Shown here piece by piece: positions 1-12,480 of a stretch of DNA of 64,000 nt. The translations under genes were made by a program, and so were the position numbers. The stretch comes from Marsupella aquatica (Eukaryota; Plantae; Marchantiophyta). The notes beneath the pieces were generated by a model. The model had not been told where the DNA came from and ran no database searches. It saw only the letters and a program-made list of their open reading frames with translations. The DNA lies in NCBI GenBank assembly GCA_973895155.1, contig OZ316892.1:12402238-12466237 (forward strand). Reading direction: 5' to 3'. Numbering within the stretch: the stretch's first letter is position 1; each line of letters begins with the position of its first letter.

Positions 1-1659
1 AGTCCAGAGACTTCACTCTAAACCATAGGCCCTCACACTTGCTTCAAGCCTTGTTTTCATTGATGCTTTATTAGTCAGATAGATTTAGTACATTGTCATC
101 CCTATTTGGCTAATTATATATTGGTATCATCACTGCCATAGTATTGGTAGGGCCAAGTATTGTAGTACTTGAGGCTCGCTTGAATGCCTGTGCTTTGCTC
201 TAAATAGACTTGAGTTGATCTAATAGTCACTCTTTTATGCAAAGCATATACTTTGTCACAAGTTTTTGTATAATTCCTAAGTTGCTACCTTTCCCCATGG
301 TTGGTTATGCAAAGGTTGGAAAGCAAAGTAACAGACCCAACCTAATGTCTAGGTTGGAAAGGTGTTATGTTCAGGGTTGTAGAGGTCTTAGATGACCATT
401 CAATAGTGAAACCTAGTCCAACGTTGGGTTCTAGCTTCAAGCTAAGTAGAGTTATTTTGCTTAACCAACAGTTGACAAATATGACAAATGAATGTACTAA
501 TAATATTGAAAAGAGTGGCAAAGTAACTATGTATTTCAACAAATGAGTGCTACTGTAGTAAAACTCACATTGCGATAATCTTGTATTGTCCTCATTCGTT
601 ATTTCAAAGAAAAGGGAATTATGGGGAGACAACCCATCCTTCTTTTCCTACATCCCATTCTAAGGCTTAAAGTGAATGTTTGTCCCATGCCTTAAGTTTG
701 ATCATCCCAAATAGGATTTTCAAAATTGCGCGTCGCTCCACCCAACCCCTTTTAGAAATTTAGGTTTTTTTACACACTTTACCCAAAAAATCACTCCACC
801 CACATGATGTCAAGACACATACCCCTAAATAATCTTTGTCCCGTCTTACCCTCCTCTTTCCAACCTCAAGAATCCACCCACTCAACCCCCAAAAAACTCT
901 ACTTCCTCATCTCCTCTGCCTCTCATATCCTCTACTTCCCCACCTCTACCCTTCCCCCAAGCCTTCCACGTTATTTTCAGAAGGTCCCATATGGCCCCCA
1001 TCCCACCTCCCCGAAGAGTTCAATTGCATCACCTTGCAGCCCCTTGCTCACCCACTGTCCCCTCCTCCTTGTGATGCAAACGGCCAGGTGGAGGCAAAGA
1101 CAGAAAAGGGAAAGTTGGGAAAATAAATTTTGGCATCGGGGTGGAAGGGTTGTTAAACTACTTTTCTAGCCCATCCGTTGCCCACAACTTTCTCCCTTTC
1201 CTATTTTTGCCATGCATCCTCTACTCTTCTTTGCAATCTTCTAAATTGATCATCTCCCTAGTCATTTGACACCAGATTTTGTTGCATTTCCATAATCTCA
1301 ACACTTTCCACAGAGACACAATATTCACAATGACAAGAGTTTATTGCAATTCATTCAATGACACACAATGTTCTCAAATAGCACCTGATATTGTACAACT
1401 TACCATGACATGAGATGAAAAGACAATGATAGCAACAACTATACAATGCATTAGCATTGGGCTCTACCTCTTCATCTTGTAGGTAATACTATTAATGGTA
1501 GACATGTACTACTATGCACTCATTGAAGGCCCTACAATCTAGAGGGCATCACATACCTTTTAAAGGACTTTATACTCATGACTAGCAAGTGCATGTACCT
1601 ATCAAGCTCTTGTCTCACTCATCCTCTCATCAAAGTGTTTGTGGTGAGTATCATGATGA

Positions 1660-1820
1660 GTATGTGTGGGGTTTTCACTATCTCTTTCAATGAAGGAACA
1701 AACCAGATATTTCACGTACAGGTTAGATGCTTGATTACTAAAGCTACTACTCATGATGTGCTCCTTGGCCAAGGGACATTGTTTTTACTAGGCCTTACCA
1801 TTGCTATCTACACAAGGTAG
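1660..1820 (+). mobile_element. Protease-region relic of a related Gypsy element
   Basis: FTISFNEGTNQIFHVQVRCLITKATTHDVLLGQGTLFLLGLTI aligns with LTLTFNGGTDQELHFPVRCLVTNATTYDVLIGQEALFPPGFTI of the large element. Confidence 0.8.
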
Positions 1821-2324
1821 ATGTTTCATTTTTTGCAAGGCATTACAAATGTTTTGGACCCATAGTCAAGGTTAGAACCTTGGTTAGAACATGTCGTTGG
1901 CTCGTTAAAACAAAAAGGTTTTCACTAGTTTTTATGTAGTTTGCACGCAACATAGAAAAAACCAGAAAAGTTTCTCTAAATGATGGCAAGTAAAACTCAT
2001 TAATGTGTTCTTTACATGAATGACCATATAACTCAATTGTTGAAAGAGTAAAAATACCTGATAGTTGATGAAACTAATTTCCTTGTGGAACTCCATGCAA
2101 GTATGGGACTAGCAGAGCACTATGGATATGGCATCCAACCGGGTGGAGGGCATGATGAACCAAATGAGGGAGCCTATGGGATGGAGGGCCAAGGGCTACT
2201 AACTAGACAAATGGGAGAGGGCCCGGCAGAGGGCTAGAGCAGTAATTGTGTGATGGCTAGAGGGTTGTGGGATGGAGGGCTATGGATGTAGGGCTACAAG
2301 TGTGACAGACAACCGGGTGGAGGG

Positions 2325-3812
2325 CAGTCGCAGAACTCGACTACCTTAACACTTAGCTCCAGCGTCGCTGACTTCGACGCCGAGCTCCCTTATGGTCCAG
2401 ACCTGGATAGGCCATCCGGGGAGGACTTAGCATGGGGAGACTTGTGGCCAATGAGATGTGGCACTGGCGAGGCAAGGGGCCAAGCTGGGGACACAAACTA
2501 AGGACTTGGACTAGCCTATGGCTGGTCGGGTCAAGGGGAAATGGGCCGGGCTCATGGATGGCCGTCCGGACCGTCGGATGGGCTTTGAGTTCTGAGGGCT
2601 TGGAAGTGAGCTCCTCTTGGGCCCAAGGCCAATGGAGTTGACGCCATTGGCAACGGACGCTTGGGGCGCAAGTTATGGCCCGAGCCGGGTTGGGCCGGTC
2701 GGGGGCCCCGAGCGGCGATCAGACTTGAGGGCCTAGGCATGAGCACTGGGTCGGCCCGGTCACTACGGGCTAAGACACTCCGCTTGCGGATGCCTATCAA
2801 GAAAGTTATGGGCGTTGCCAGTTGGTGGTGCGCCCATTATGCGCGATGGGATCCGGGTTGGGGGCCAAATGTTTAGGGACCAAACCTGGTCCGGGGGTGA
2901 CAGGTCTCCAGAAGCATATATGAGGGGAGTGGTGTCTCCCTAAGGGCTAAGGGCGAGCCGAAGTCGTGAGCCGCGGCGGTCGCGACACTAAGGGAAACCG
3001 CCAAACGGAAACGACGATATCTTCCCAACGGGAAGTCCGTTGGAGGACTTCTTAGGTGCATTGGAAAGCTCAGCTGGGTCTAGGGGTGCCATGGGTTCTT
3101 GTGGTTTGCGGGTGTTAGCTCGCCCGTTTACCAAATCCTGCCGAACAGCAGCCAAGCCGCGTTCAACCTCCCATGGGAGCTTGCGTTGGGGAGGCAAGGC
3201 CAAGTAGGTATGGAGGCTGAGTCCCAAGGGCGCTTGGTCCCTAGACCATCGGTGGGGCAAACCGAGAGTCGGTGTTAGAGTCGGGGCCAATCTGGTCCCG
3301 GCGTGTGGAGACAAGCTTGGGACAAGCTTTAGGACAAGCTACGCTATTTGGGCCATGAGCATGTCCTGAGGTCAGGGCGGTCAGTTGGTGATGGATAGGT
3401 ACGAGGGGGAACCCGGGCCGCGCCCAAGGAAGGGGCTGTCTTGGACGGACAGTGGGCGTGGGTTCTGGTTTCGGCTTATGGCATCGGGAGGACCTATCGC
3501 TGACCTATTTACCAACGTCTATTGAGCTTGAGTTAGGATGCTAGACTTGGCGAGTTCTAGATCCTGAAGGGTTACTTACCGAGGTACGTGGTGGCTTGTG
3601 CAGACAGTGAGGGCCGTTGAGTAGCGGTCGTGGAGGAGAGCAAGTGCGGCTTCGTATGGGAGGGGCCGCTGGAGGTGTGGGAGGGGCCGCTGGAGGTGCA
3701 AGAGGCACTAGGGTGCTTGCTCGAGGTATTCCGTGGAGGCGTCCGGGTACCGAGGGCACTTAGGCGTGAGTGTTGGGATTGGTGAGGGCGCTGGGTGGCT
3801 AGGTCCACCACT
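2325..3812. repeat. GC-rich degenerate repeat, copy 1 (uninterrupted; probably TE-derived)
   Basis: Colinear with 5692-6747 plus 16614-16952. Broken Pro/Ser-rich minus-strand frames; no recognisable domain. Confidence 0.85.
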
Positions 3813-5409
3813 AGGGCAAGATGTCTGGAACGAGGGCATTTAGGAGGGCGACTAACTCGGATGATTATCAGACCCCCTTGACAAGCATAAAAAGCGGTCA
3901 CACACCCTCTCTCATTCCCTTTCATTCATTTTGTTAGATGATGATCTTGTAGAAGTTAAAGAAACGATGAGCAAATTGCCTCTACATCATTGTGTTTGGT
4001 ATTCGATCTAACAAAACACTTAAGATAAAATGATGAGCATACAAATGTGAAAAGTAGGCATCTCATGAGTGCATGTGTTTGAGTCAAGTTTGTCAGCCAA
4101 AACCATAAAAATGGACACCTTGTGCAATAACAATTAATTCTGAATTGTAATTGTAGATTTTCAGGGTGGATTTAACGGAAAATAATTCCAACATCTGCAA
4201 GGCATCTTTGTATAGGTGAATAAAATAAAATATCTGACACTTGAGTGTAAGGAAACAAATGTGGATGCAAAGCACCTATGCAAAGATCCCAACATTGGGA
4301 ATGCAGGAAAACTGGTTGACTTTGATAGTAGGTTTGGCAGCGGCTTGGCTCCTCCCAGCACAATTGGTAAACACTACCCTTTTCTAGAACCTGAGTGCCA
4401 AAGTATGAATGACACTTCTAACCTTAGGAGACACTACTCGCTAGTAAGATGGAGTTCACAAAATCCCTAACACTTGAGCACTAGGAGTTGTAGTAATGTG
4501 TTTGTGTTCCACATGAGTTAATGACACTTTTTGGAATCTATTAGGTCCACTGTCCTATACCTCATCCTTATCTTATTGCCTGATTAGGTTTTCCCCTTCT
4601 TGAAAGTTGTGTGCCTTTGCCCTAGCCTGCGCTGGCGCTCAACATCCCTTTTGGCCTTGGTAGTCTTTGCCACCTTCTTCCCAATTGGGTTCTATTGAAA
4701 AATCTATGAAAGTTTAAGACAAAAATAAAGATAAAACTCAAGGTGATTTTGACCACCCTCAATATGAGAGAGACAAAGGTTGTGCACAAGGACAAACTTT
4801 ACTTTGGATGGAGACTCTGCATAGGATAGGAGGGGCCACCCGACCCACCCCTTGGTCTAGTCCATGCTTTGGCCGTGTACTATTTAGAATTTAGTCGTTT
4901 TTGGCAGCCCCTTTAATTTTTTTCATTTCCTTAGTTTTTATGAGGTCCCCTATATTTTACTTAATATTTTGAGGGGCATATTTCCTTACTTGCATGAGAA
5001 GGTTGGACCCTTCAACCAAACAACTAGTATTCTATTTATTGATAAGTGCACCTCATATGCCATTGGTTATAAAATTTACATTGTTCATGGTTTATTGATC
5101 AATAGGTGTCACCTAAATGGAGAGCCCCAAATTAGAGCACAAAATTAAGAAAGAACAAAGTTCATGCTCTTCTCTTTGAATCATAAAGTGTTGTACCTAT
5201 CCAAGGAGAGTGACTAGTACCTTGAAATGAATGCACTTGTCTTAAAGTGTTGTACTTTTCTCACTTTTTAAAAGGTGTGCCATTTTTTCATTAACTCTCT
5301 TGTAACCATTTTTTCAATACTTGTTTTTCATAAACTAGTCAAATTAAAATGTCTTCTCACATAACTCTTTATGATGATTATTTCAATTCTTTTAGATAAG
5401 TCAAAATAG

Positions 5410-5484
5410 ACATGTAGTAGGATGAACATGCGTACATGTAGTAGGATGAACATGCGTACATGTAGTAGGATGAACATGCGTACA
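5410..5484. repeat. 24-bp tandem repeat x3
   Basis: ACATGTAGTAGGATGAACATGCGT repeated three times. Confidence 0.9.
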
Positions 5485-5691
5485 GACTATGGTGCATAAG
5501 ATGTCGTTGATTCGAAGTAGAGGATACGAAATCATTATCTCACTCTGGTTCACATTGGATATGAGTGTTCGATCTCTCATTTTCATTCACTCACAGTTCC
5601 CAAGCTCGACATCGGATAAAAGTCTTGCAATCATGTAGAAGGCATTGATCTCATGTCTTGAATTGCAAGCTCGCACTGACGTCCTTACAAT

Positions 5692-6747
5692 CAGTCGTGG
5701 AACTCAATTACCTTAACACTTAGCTCCGGCGTCGCTGACTCCGACGTCGAGCTCCCTTATGGTCTAGGCCTGAATAGGCCATCTGGGGAGGACTTAGCAT
5801 GGGGAGACTTGTGGGCAATGAGACGTGGCACTAGCAAAGGCAAGGAGCCAAGCTGGTGACACACACTAAGGACTTAGGCTAGCTGAGAGCTGGTCGGGTC
5901 AAGGGGAAAAGGGGTCGGGCTCAAGGTCGACCGTCCGGACCCTCGGACGGACTTTGAGTTTTGAGGGCTTGAGTGTGAGCGGCGATGAGACCTGAGGGCC
6001 TAGGCATGATCACTGGGTTGGCCCAATCACAACGGGCTAAGGCACTCCGCTTGCGGACGCCTAACGAGGAAGTTATGGGCGTTGCCAATTGGTGGCGCAC
6101 CCAGTATGTGAGATAGGGTCCGAGTTGGGCCCAGAAGTTTAGAGACCAAAGTTGGTCCCGGGGTGGCAGGTCTTCAGAAGTATATATGAGGGGAGTGGTG
6201 TCTCCCTGGGGGCTAAGGGCGAGCCGGAATCGTGAGTCGTGGCGGTCGCGACACTAAGGGAAAAATGTCAAATAGACACGACGATATCTTCCCAACGGGA
6301 AGTCCGTTGGAGAACTTCTTGGGTGCGTTGGAAAGCTCTCAAGGAGCCCTCCTGAGCTCAACTGGGTCTGGGGGCACCATGGGTTCTCGGGGTTGGCGGG
6401 TGTTAGCTCACCCGTTTGCCAAATCTTGCCGAAACAACAGCCAAGTCGTGTTCAGTCTCCCAAGGGAGCTTCCGTTGGGGAGGCAAGGGCAAGTAGGTGT
6501 GGAGGTTGAGTTCCAAGGGTGCTTGGCCCCTAGACCATCAGTGGGGCAAACCGGGAGTTGGTTGCTAGAGCCGGCTCCATTCTGGTCCTCGCGTGTTGAG
6601 ACAAGCCTGGGACAAGCTTTAGGACAAGCTACACTACTTGGGCCATGAGCATGTCTTGGGGTCAAGGCGGTCAATTGGTGATGGATAGGTACGAGGGGGA
6701 ACCCGGGCCGTGCCCAAGGAAGGAGATGTTCTGGACAAACAATGGGC
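5692..6747. repeat. GC-rich degenerate repeat, copy 2, left part (insertion target)
   Basis: Aligns to 2325-~3457. Confidence 0.85.
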
Positions 6748-6923
6748 TGTCGTGACATATAGTATCGTAGCCATAGTGTATCAAAGACATACAAGTCACC
6801 GACAAGGCATTTGTTCAAGCTGCTAGCAACCAACAAGCATAGAAAAAGCCCAATCACATTCACAAGTGCCAAGAAAAAGCAAATGAAGTGGTATGTACGT
6901 AGTGGAGGTGTAAACCTCTGTAT
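6748..6923. repeat. Split repeat A, terminal copy (176 bp)
   Basis: Direct repeat of 7285-7459. Confidence 0.95.
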
Positions 6924-7282
6924 ATAAAAGGCGTAAGAGAAACAATTATACTGAAATCAAATCAAAAACTGGCAGGATGCCAAGATCGGCCAGGAGCATC
7001 TAACGAATCACTGTGTGAATCCCGTGTACAGAACCGACGAGCACTATCTGAGCTCTGTCAACAGCAATTCAAGAAGAACTGAAAAACCCACAAACAAAGA
7101 CATGCCCTAAGTAAACAAAGTCCTAGCATCACACTAACAAGCGCGTTTGCTTCAAGAACGCATGGCATTTGCTATAAGAACATGTCGCTAACTCAAGTAG
7201 TACACTTGCCCTAACTACATACCTAGCGGATATGCGAGGGACATGCCGATGTGCATAAGAGGCACTGTCCCTCGGCATGACA
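6924..7282. repeat. Split repeat B, internal copy (359 bp)
   Basis: Direct repeat of 16251-16609; about 16 substitutions by eye, no indels. Confidence 0.95.
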
Positions 7283-7284
7283 GC

Positions 7285-7459
7285 TGTCATGACATATAGT
7301 ATCATAGCCATAGTGTATCGAAAACATACAAGTCACCGGCAAGGCATTTGTTCAAGCTGCTAGCAACCAACATGCATAGAAAAAGTCCAATTACATTCAC
7401 AAGTGCCAAGAAAAAGCAAATGAAGTGTATGTACGTAGTGGAGGTGTAAACCTCTGTAT
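7285..7459. repeat. Split repeat A, internal copy (175 bp)
   Basis: Direct repeat of 6748-6923; separated from B by the dinucleotide GC. Confidence 0.95.
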
Positions 7460-7465
7460 CCCCCC
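7460..7465 (-). promoter_or_regulatory. Putative plus-strand primer (short polypurine G6 tract)
   Basis: GGGGGG on the sense strand, ~30 nt after the Pol stop and directly abutting internal repeat A. Confidence 0.55.
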
Positions 7466-7509
7466 AGACCACAGCCAAAAGGAGGGCTGAAGAAAATTCA
7501 GGTAGCACG

Positions 7510-7652
7510 TGGAGCACAGGAAGGGCAAAACCATAACCCTTCTGGCACCTGGGTAAGTTCAGGCCGAAGGCAGAAAAGATGGTACCCTCCATTGCAATTG
7601 TCACACAGCAGCATCTGGTCAGCATCATCAATTTGCAAACACACTTTGCAAG
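7510..7652 (-). CDS. PHD finger (C4HC3) at the integrase C-terminus
   Basis: CKVC..MLLCDNCNGGYHLFCLRPELTQVPEGLWFCPSC. Confidence 0.93.
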
Positions 7653-7699
7653 GGTAGTCCACAGGTGGAATCCAAGTGGGATCTAGGTTGGGCAGATGA

Positions 7700-8760
7700 C
7701 AAGGGGCACAATTCTTGGCATTGTCAGCAATTGTGCGCCCATCTGCCCCTTGTAACTCTAGCACTCTAGACGGTCGAATAGCCTTAACCCTGAGAATGGT
7801 ACGACTGGTAGAGGTGTCCAGGGTGTCGTTAGCTTGCCGCTGCAAGTACACAAAATCTCCCACATCAAACTTCCTGACCTTGGGCTGACAAGTGCCCCTC
7901 GTGTGTGTGCATAACGTAGTGTGTCCCTGTGTTGTGCAATGGCCAAATTCTCCATGGCCATGGGCATAACCCTCCTGAATAGGGCAGCCCTCTCAGAGAT
8001 CACATCAGACCAAGTCACAACTGAATCCAAGTCCACCACCTGAAGCATGTGAGCAGCAATAGCAGAAGGTGGAACTGGGTAACGACCAAACAACAAGAAG
8101 TAGGGAGAAAAGTTAGACAATGATGCATGTCTGGACATCCTATACCCCATGGCAATGTAGGGTAAGGCCAGGTCCCAATCCTCCTTGTTTTTGGTGAGGC
8201 AGATCTTCCGGAGGCCCTTCTTGCATGTCTGAACCATGCGCTCTGCCAAGCCATCTGCCTGTGGGTGATCTCGTGATGTCCGACGATGATCAATGAGGGC
8301 CTGATCAAGCAGCTCCTGGAACTCTCCTCTAAACTCTGAGCCCTGGTCAGTGAGACATTCTGCACAAGCTCCAAAGCGGCTGAGAACTTGTTGCAGGAAT
8401 GCCTGGCTGGTGCTACGGGAGGTCTTATCTGGCAATGCCACAAGTTCTATCCACTTGGAGAAATGCTCTATCATGATCATGATGTAGAGATTACTCCAAG
8501 ATGTGAGGGGTAATTCTCCAGCCAAATCACATGACCAACGATAAAACATGCGCTGAATAGGGAGTGAATGAAGTGTGGGTTGCCGAGATGTGAAAGAAGT
8601 TCTTACCCTATCACATTGCTCACACCGGGCAATAACATCTTGAACCTGGCCATGCATGCCTCGCCAATGATAATGGGGGACCAAGAGGCTATAAGTCCTC
8701 TTAATGCCAAAATGACCAAGCTCAGAATGTACCTTACGGATAAGGCCAACCCTCTCATGA
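7700..8760 (-). CDS. DDE integrase with HHCC zinc-binding domain
   Basis: HSELGH..CEQC; catalytic WSCDLAG, LTDQGSEF, GLAERMVQ; SPYFLLFGR. Confidence 0.95.
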
Positions 8761-9059
8761 ATGGGTGGAACCACCACTTCCCTATTTGGCAAGCAGCGCA
8801 CGAGATGATCTCCCTTCCACAAGTAGCGCTTGGACCTTTGCTGAATTTGGTCTCTCTGGGTTGCAGTAACCTGTATGGGATACTCCCCATGCTGCAAAAA
8901 TCTCAGAGTGTCGCTATCCTCCCATATGTCCACCATAGGTTGGTCAACAACATAGCATGGCAGCAAAACAAGATAGGTAGATGCATGAAATGTAGGCAGG
9001 ATGGAAACCTGGTCAAAATCCTGCCGTGCATCTGAGGAATCATCAGAGGCAATCAAAGG

Positions 9060-10400
9060 GCTGCGGGACATAGTGTCAGCATTTTGATGTGTCACACCAA
9101 GCCTATGAATTACCTCAAAATCATACTCCTGGAGTATGAGTGCCCAACGAGCAAGCTTGCCAGTAAGCTTGTCGTTGGTCATCAACCACTTCAAGGGCTG
9201 GTGGTCGGTGTAGAGAATAAACCTGGTCCCATAGAGATAGGGCCTGTAATGTATGATAGCCCACACAACAACAAGGCATTCACCCTCATACGAAGAATAA
9301 TGACTCTCTGCTTGATTGTTGCTCCTAGATGCATAGGCAATGACGTACTCTTTACCTTCCTCATCATGCTGGCCCAGAATGGCACCAATCCCAAGGGCAC
9401 TCCAATCTGTGTGTAGCACAAAGACCTTGCTGAAATCAGGTCTTTTCAGCACCGGGTATTCTGAAAGCTTCTCCTTCAAAGTGGCAAATGCTGCCTCAGC
9501 ATCTGTACTCCATGCCCAAGTCACATTCTTTTTCAACAAAGCATACAATGGGTGTGCAATGGTGCTGAAATCTTTGATGTAGATCCGGTAGTAATTGCAC
9601 AACCCAATAAAACTCCTCAAAGTGTGAACATCGGTAGGAGTGGGCATTTCCAAGATGGATATCACCTTGGCCCAGTGAGCCATGGTTCCATTTGGAAGAA
9701 TGCGGTGCCCAAGGTATACTACTAATCTGACAGCAAATTCACACTTCTTGGGGTGTATCTTGAGGTTCACCTTCTTAAGCCTCATGAATACCTCCTTGAG
9801 GTCAAGTAGATGCTGGTCAAATCCTTTGCTGTGGACCAACACATCATCAATGTAGCATTTCATAAACTCAGCACCTTGAAGAACTTGGTCCATGACTCTT
9901 TGAAAGAATATGGGCGCATTCTTCAAGCCAAATGGCATCACCAACCACTCCCATAGTTGGTTACTATCATGGAAAGCTGTTTTCTTGCGGTCCTTTGCAA
10001 GCAGCAAAATCTGGTTAAAGCCTTGCCTTAGATCCACAAGAGTGAAGATGTTTGAGTCTCCAATGCTGTCAAATAGCTCCTCTGGCCATGGCATGGGGTA
10101 CCTATCCTGGGGTGTGACCAGGTTCAGTGGCCTGTAGTCCCCACACATGCGCTTCTCTGTCCACAATCCACTGGAATCCTTCTTTGCTGGCATCACTATA
10201 GCTGCTGCAAAATTTGATGTAGATGGCTAAATAAGACCAGCTTCATATAACTCTTGGCACCTCTCATCCACCACCTGCCACTCATGCTTACTCAAACGAT
10301 GTCTCCGCCTGAAGATAGGTATTTCATTAGCCAACTCAATGGAGACCTGCATGGTCTTGCACTTACCCAAGTCCTTCATAGAGAAAGCAAACACGGTCTC
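9060..10400 (-). CDS. Reverse transcriptase and RNase H domains
   Basis: RMCGDYRPLN, VDLRQGFNQI, MPFGLKNAP, YIDD (9843-9854), YLGH; RNase H motifs TDWSALGIGAIL, YTDHQPL, NADTMSR. Confidence 0.95.
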
Positions 10401-10809
10401 ATGCTTGAGGAGCAAATTCAGCAGCTGGTCCTTCTGTCTTTTACTCAGGTGGTTGCCCATGATGAATGTGTAGTTGGCAACACTAGGAATAGGACCTGAT
10501 GTACTCGTGCTTGAAGAGCCAAAAGTGCTAGCCTCTCCACTAACCAAGCTGCTAGCATGCTGTTGATAAGGTGATAAGGCCTCTCCAAGGCCTGTTGTAT
10601 CTATTGCTCTGGTCTGATCCACACCATGAAACTCAGAAATAATATCAGCCACGTTACAAGGGACCTCCTCCCCCCCAACACTTGGACTGAAGCGGTGAGT
10701 GTTGAATAGAGGTAAGTGCACTTGGTCTGGATGCCATGTAGCAGCACCATGGAGTGGTAGGGCTGGAACTCCTGATGCTGGATGAATGTACATCTGAAAA
10801 AGGATGCAA

Positions 10810-11760
10810 GTGACCAAAAGCCAAGTGACAGCATTAAGATCCATTACCCTGCCAAGTAAAGCATTCCTGGCCAGCTTGGTGATTTTGGTGTGGCATGTAG
10901 TACCGGGTTGGAAGCCCATAGCCCGTTCTCTCTCCTCAGGACTAGGTTCATCCCATGTACCGGTAGAATGTCGGTAAACCAGGCCAGGACCATCACCCTG
11001 AAAAGCATGTGCACCTGGAAAGGACACAAATGTAGGCCAAGCAGCACGGGGCTGTCCAATGGTATTGGCTGAATACCAAGGTGCTGGCTCTTGCCGTGTA
11101 ACTAGTTGGCAAGAACTGTCAGGATCCAAAATCTGGTCCACTGTGAGGTTAGTGTCCCTGGATGTGTGGTGAATCTGAGCTAACTCCAACAAGGAAGGTG
11201 GTGCAAGGTTAGTCCAAAAGTTACGAAGACGATGTGCATAAGAACCACAGTACACTGCATCAATGAGAAGGGGTGGTCCTAAGTAATGTTGGACCACACT
11301 GAAATCCTCTTTGACCTGTGGACGCTGGTCAAACTGAGATGGAGTATTCTCAATGATATAGCCAACAGCAGGATAAAGGGATTGAGCCCAGGTGAGAATC
11401 TGAACCAATGCTGTGAAAAGGCCAGAACGAGAATCATGCAGTCCAGCATCGTGACCAACAGCTGGAAACCCTTGGCATTCCCAACCAGCTATGATCAAAT
11501 CAAGGGAGCCAAGAAGGGTTAAGTGTTGGTGTTGGACAAGCTGGATATTTGGAGGGAAGAAAGAAAATGCAGACTTCCATGCACTGTGTGGAAACTGTTG
11601 GGGAAATCGCTCTGAAAATTCCAGTAGACGGGATTCAGCCACTTGCCTTGCACCTGGATCAATGTCCACGTAGATGTACTGCTTCACCACCATCCCAGAC
11701 TGTAGAAGAGCTTCCAGGCATGTAGAAATGCCACCAAAAAGCTCAAGCAATGTAAGGCCA
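10810..11760 (-). CDS. C5-cytosine DNA methyltransferase domain, DNMT3-like, embedded in Pol between protease and RT
   Basis: Motif I LLELFGGI; II YVDID; IV DLIIAGWECQGF (catalytic Cys); VI YIIENT; VIII DAVYCGSYAHRLRNFWTNL (cf. DNMT3 AHRARYFWGNL); IX/X EERERAMGFQPGTT..ARNALLGR (cf. DNMT3 EMERVFGFP..ARQRLLGR). Confidence 0.92.
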
Positions 11761-12119
11761 TCCGGAGGAGGAGTCCATGTAACTGGTGCGCTCAAGATTG
11801 GGGCTATTGGTTGTCCATTGTGCTGCCCAAGGTCCTCAAATTTGCGCAATGCAGCCACCAAAGGTCCATGGGCTACTTGGAGCCATTGTACCACCTCTGG
11901 TTGATGATCCACGTTGATGGAAAGTGCTGCTATACGTGCAGCAGCATGTGCAGCAGCCACCTCATCATCATCCTCCTCAATCCAGTCCTGCAATTGGTGG
12001 TTGACATAGGTAGCTGTGTGCACTGCTTTCAAAACACAGTGGTGAGCCATAGGTGTATGAGCACCATGCAAATCAAGTGGAATGTAGCCCAAGTGTGAGC
12101 CATCCGTATGCCAATCAAC

Positions 12120-12480
12120 TCTGTAGTATGCATGCTCATGCCAGTTGTCAATGGTAAAACCTGGTGGGAACAAAGCCTCCTGGCCAATGAGCACATCATA
12201 CGTAGTGGCATTGGTAACCAAACATCTGACTGGGAAATGGAGTTCCTGATCTGTACCTCCATTAAAAGTGAGAGTTAGTAAAGTAGAACTCTCACCCAAC
12301 ACATCCTCCACAGTGCCACTAGCAGGCCGAATGTGCCACTTGGATTGTTGTAAATGATCAGTCAGTAGTCTCATCTTCTTGGCAAACTGAATGCCCAATA
12401 TCACTGGTTGAGCACCTGTGTCTAGCATGATCACCTGAGGAGTGTGACCCTCCAACTTGACCGCTGAATTCCTGTTGTCA
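12120..12480 (-). CDS. Retropepsin (aspartic protease) domain
   Basis: VIMLDTGAQPVI active-site motif (~12414-12422) and YDVLIGQEAL C-terminal motif. Confidence 0.85.

Noticed and set aside
6748-7282. Reading A+B as a normal TG..CA LTR (solo LTR next to a second element)
   Set aside because: No matching full LTR at the other end, no TSD around 6748-7282 alone, and one TSD encloses the whole 6748-16609 unit.
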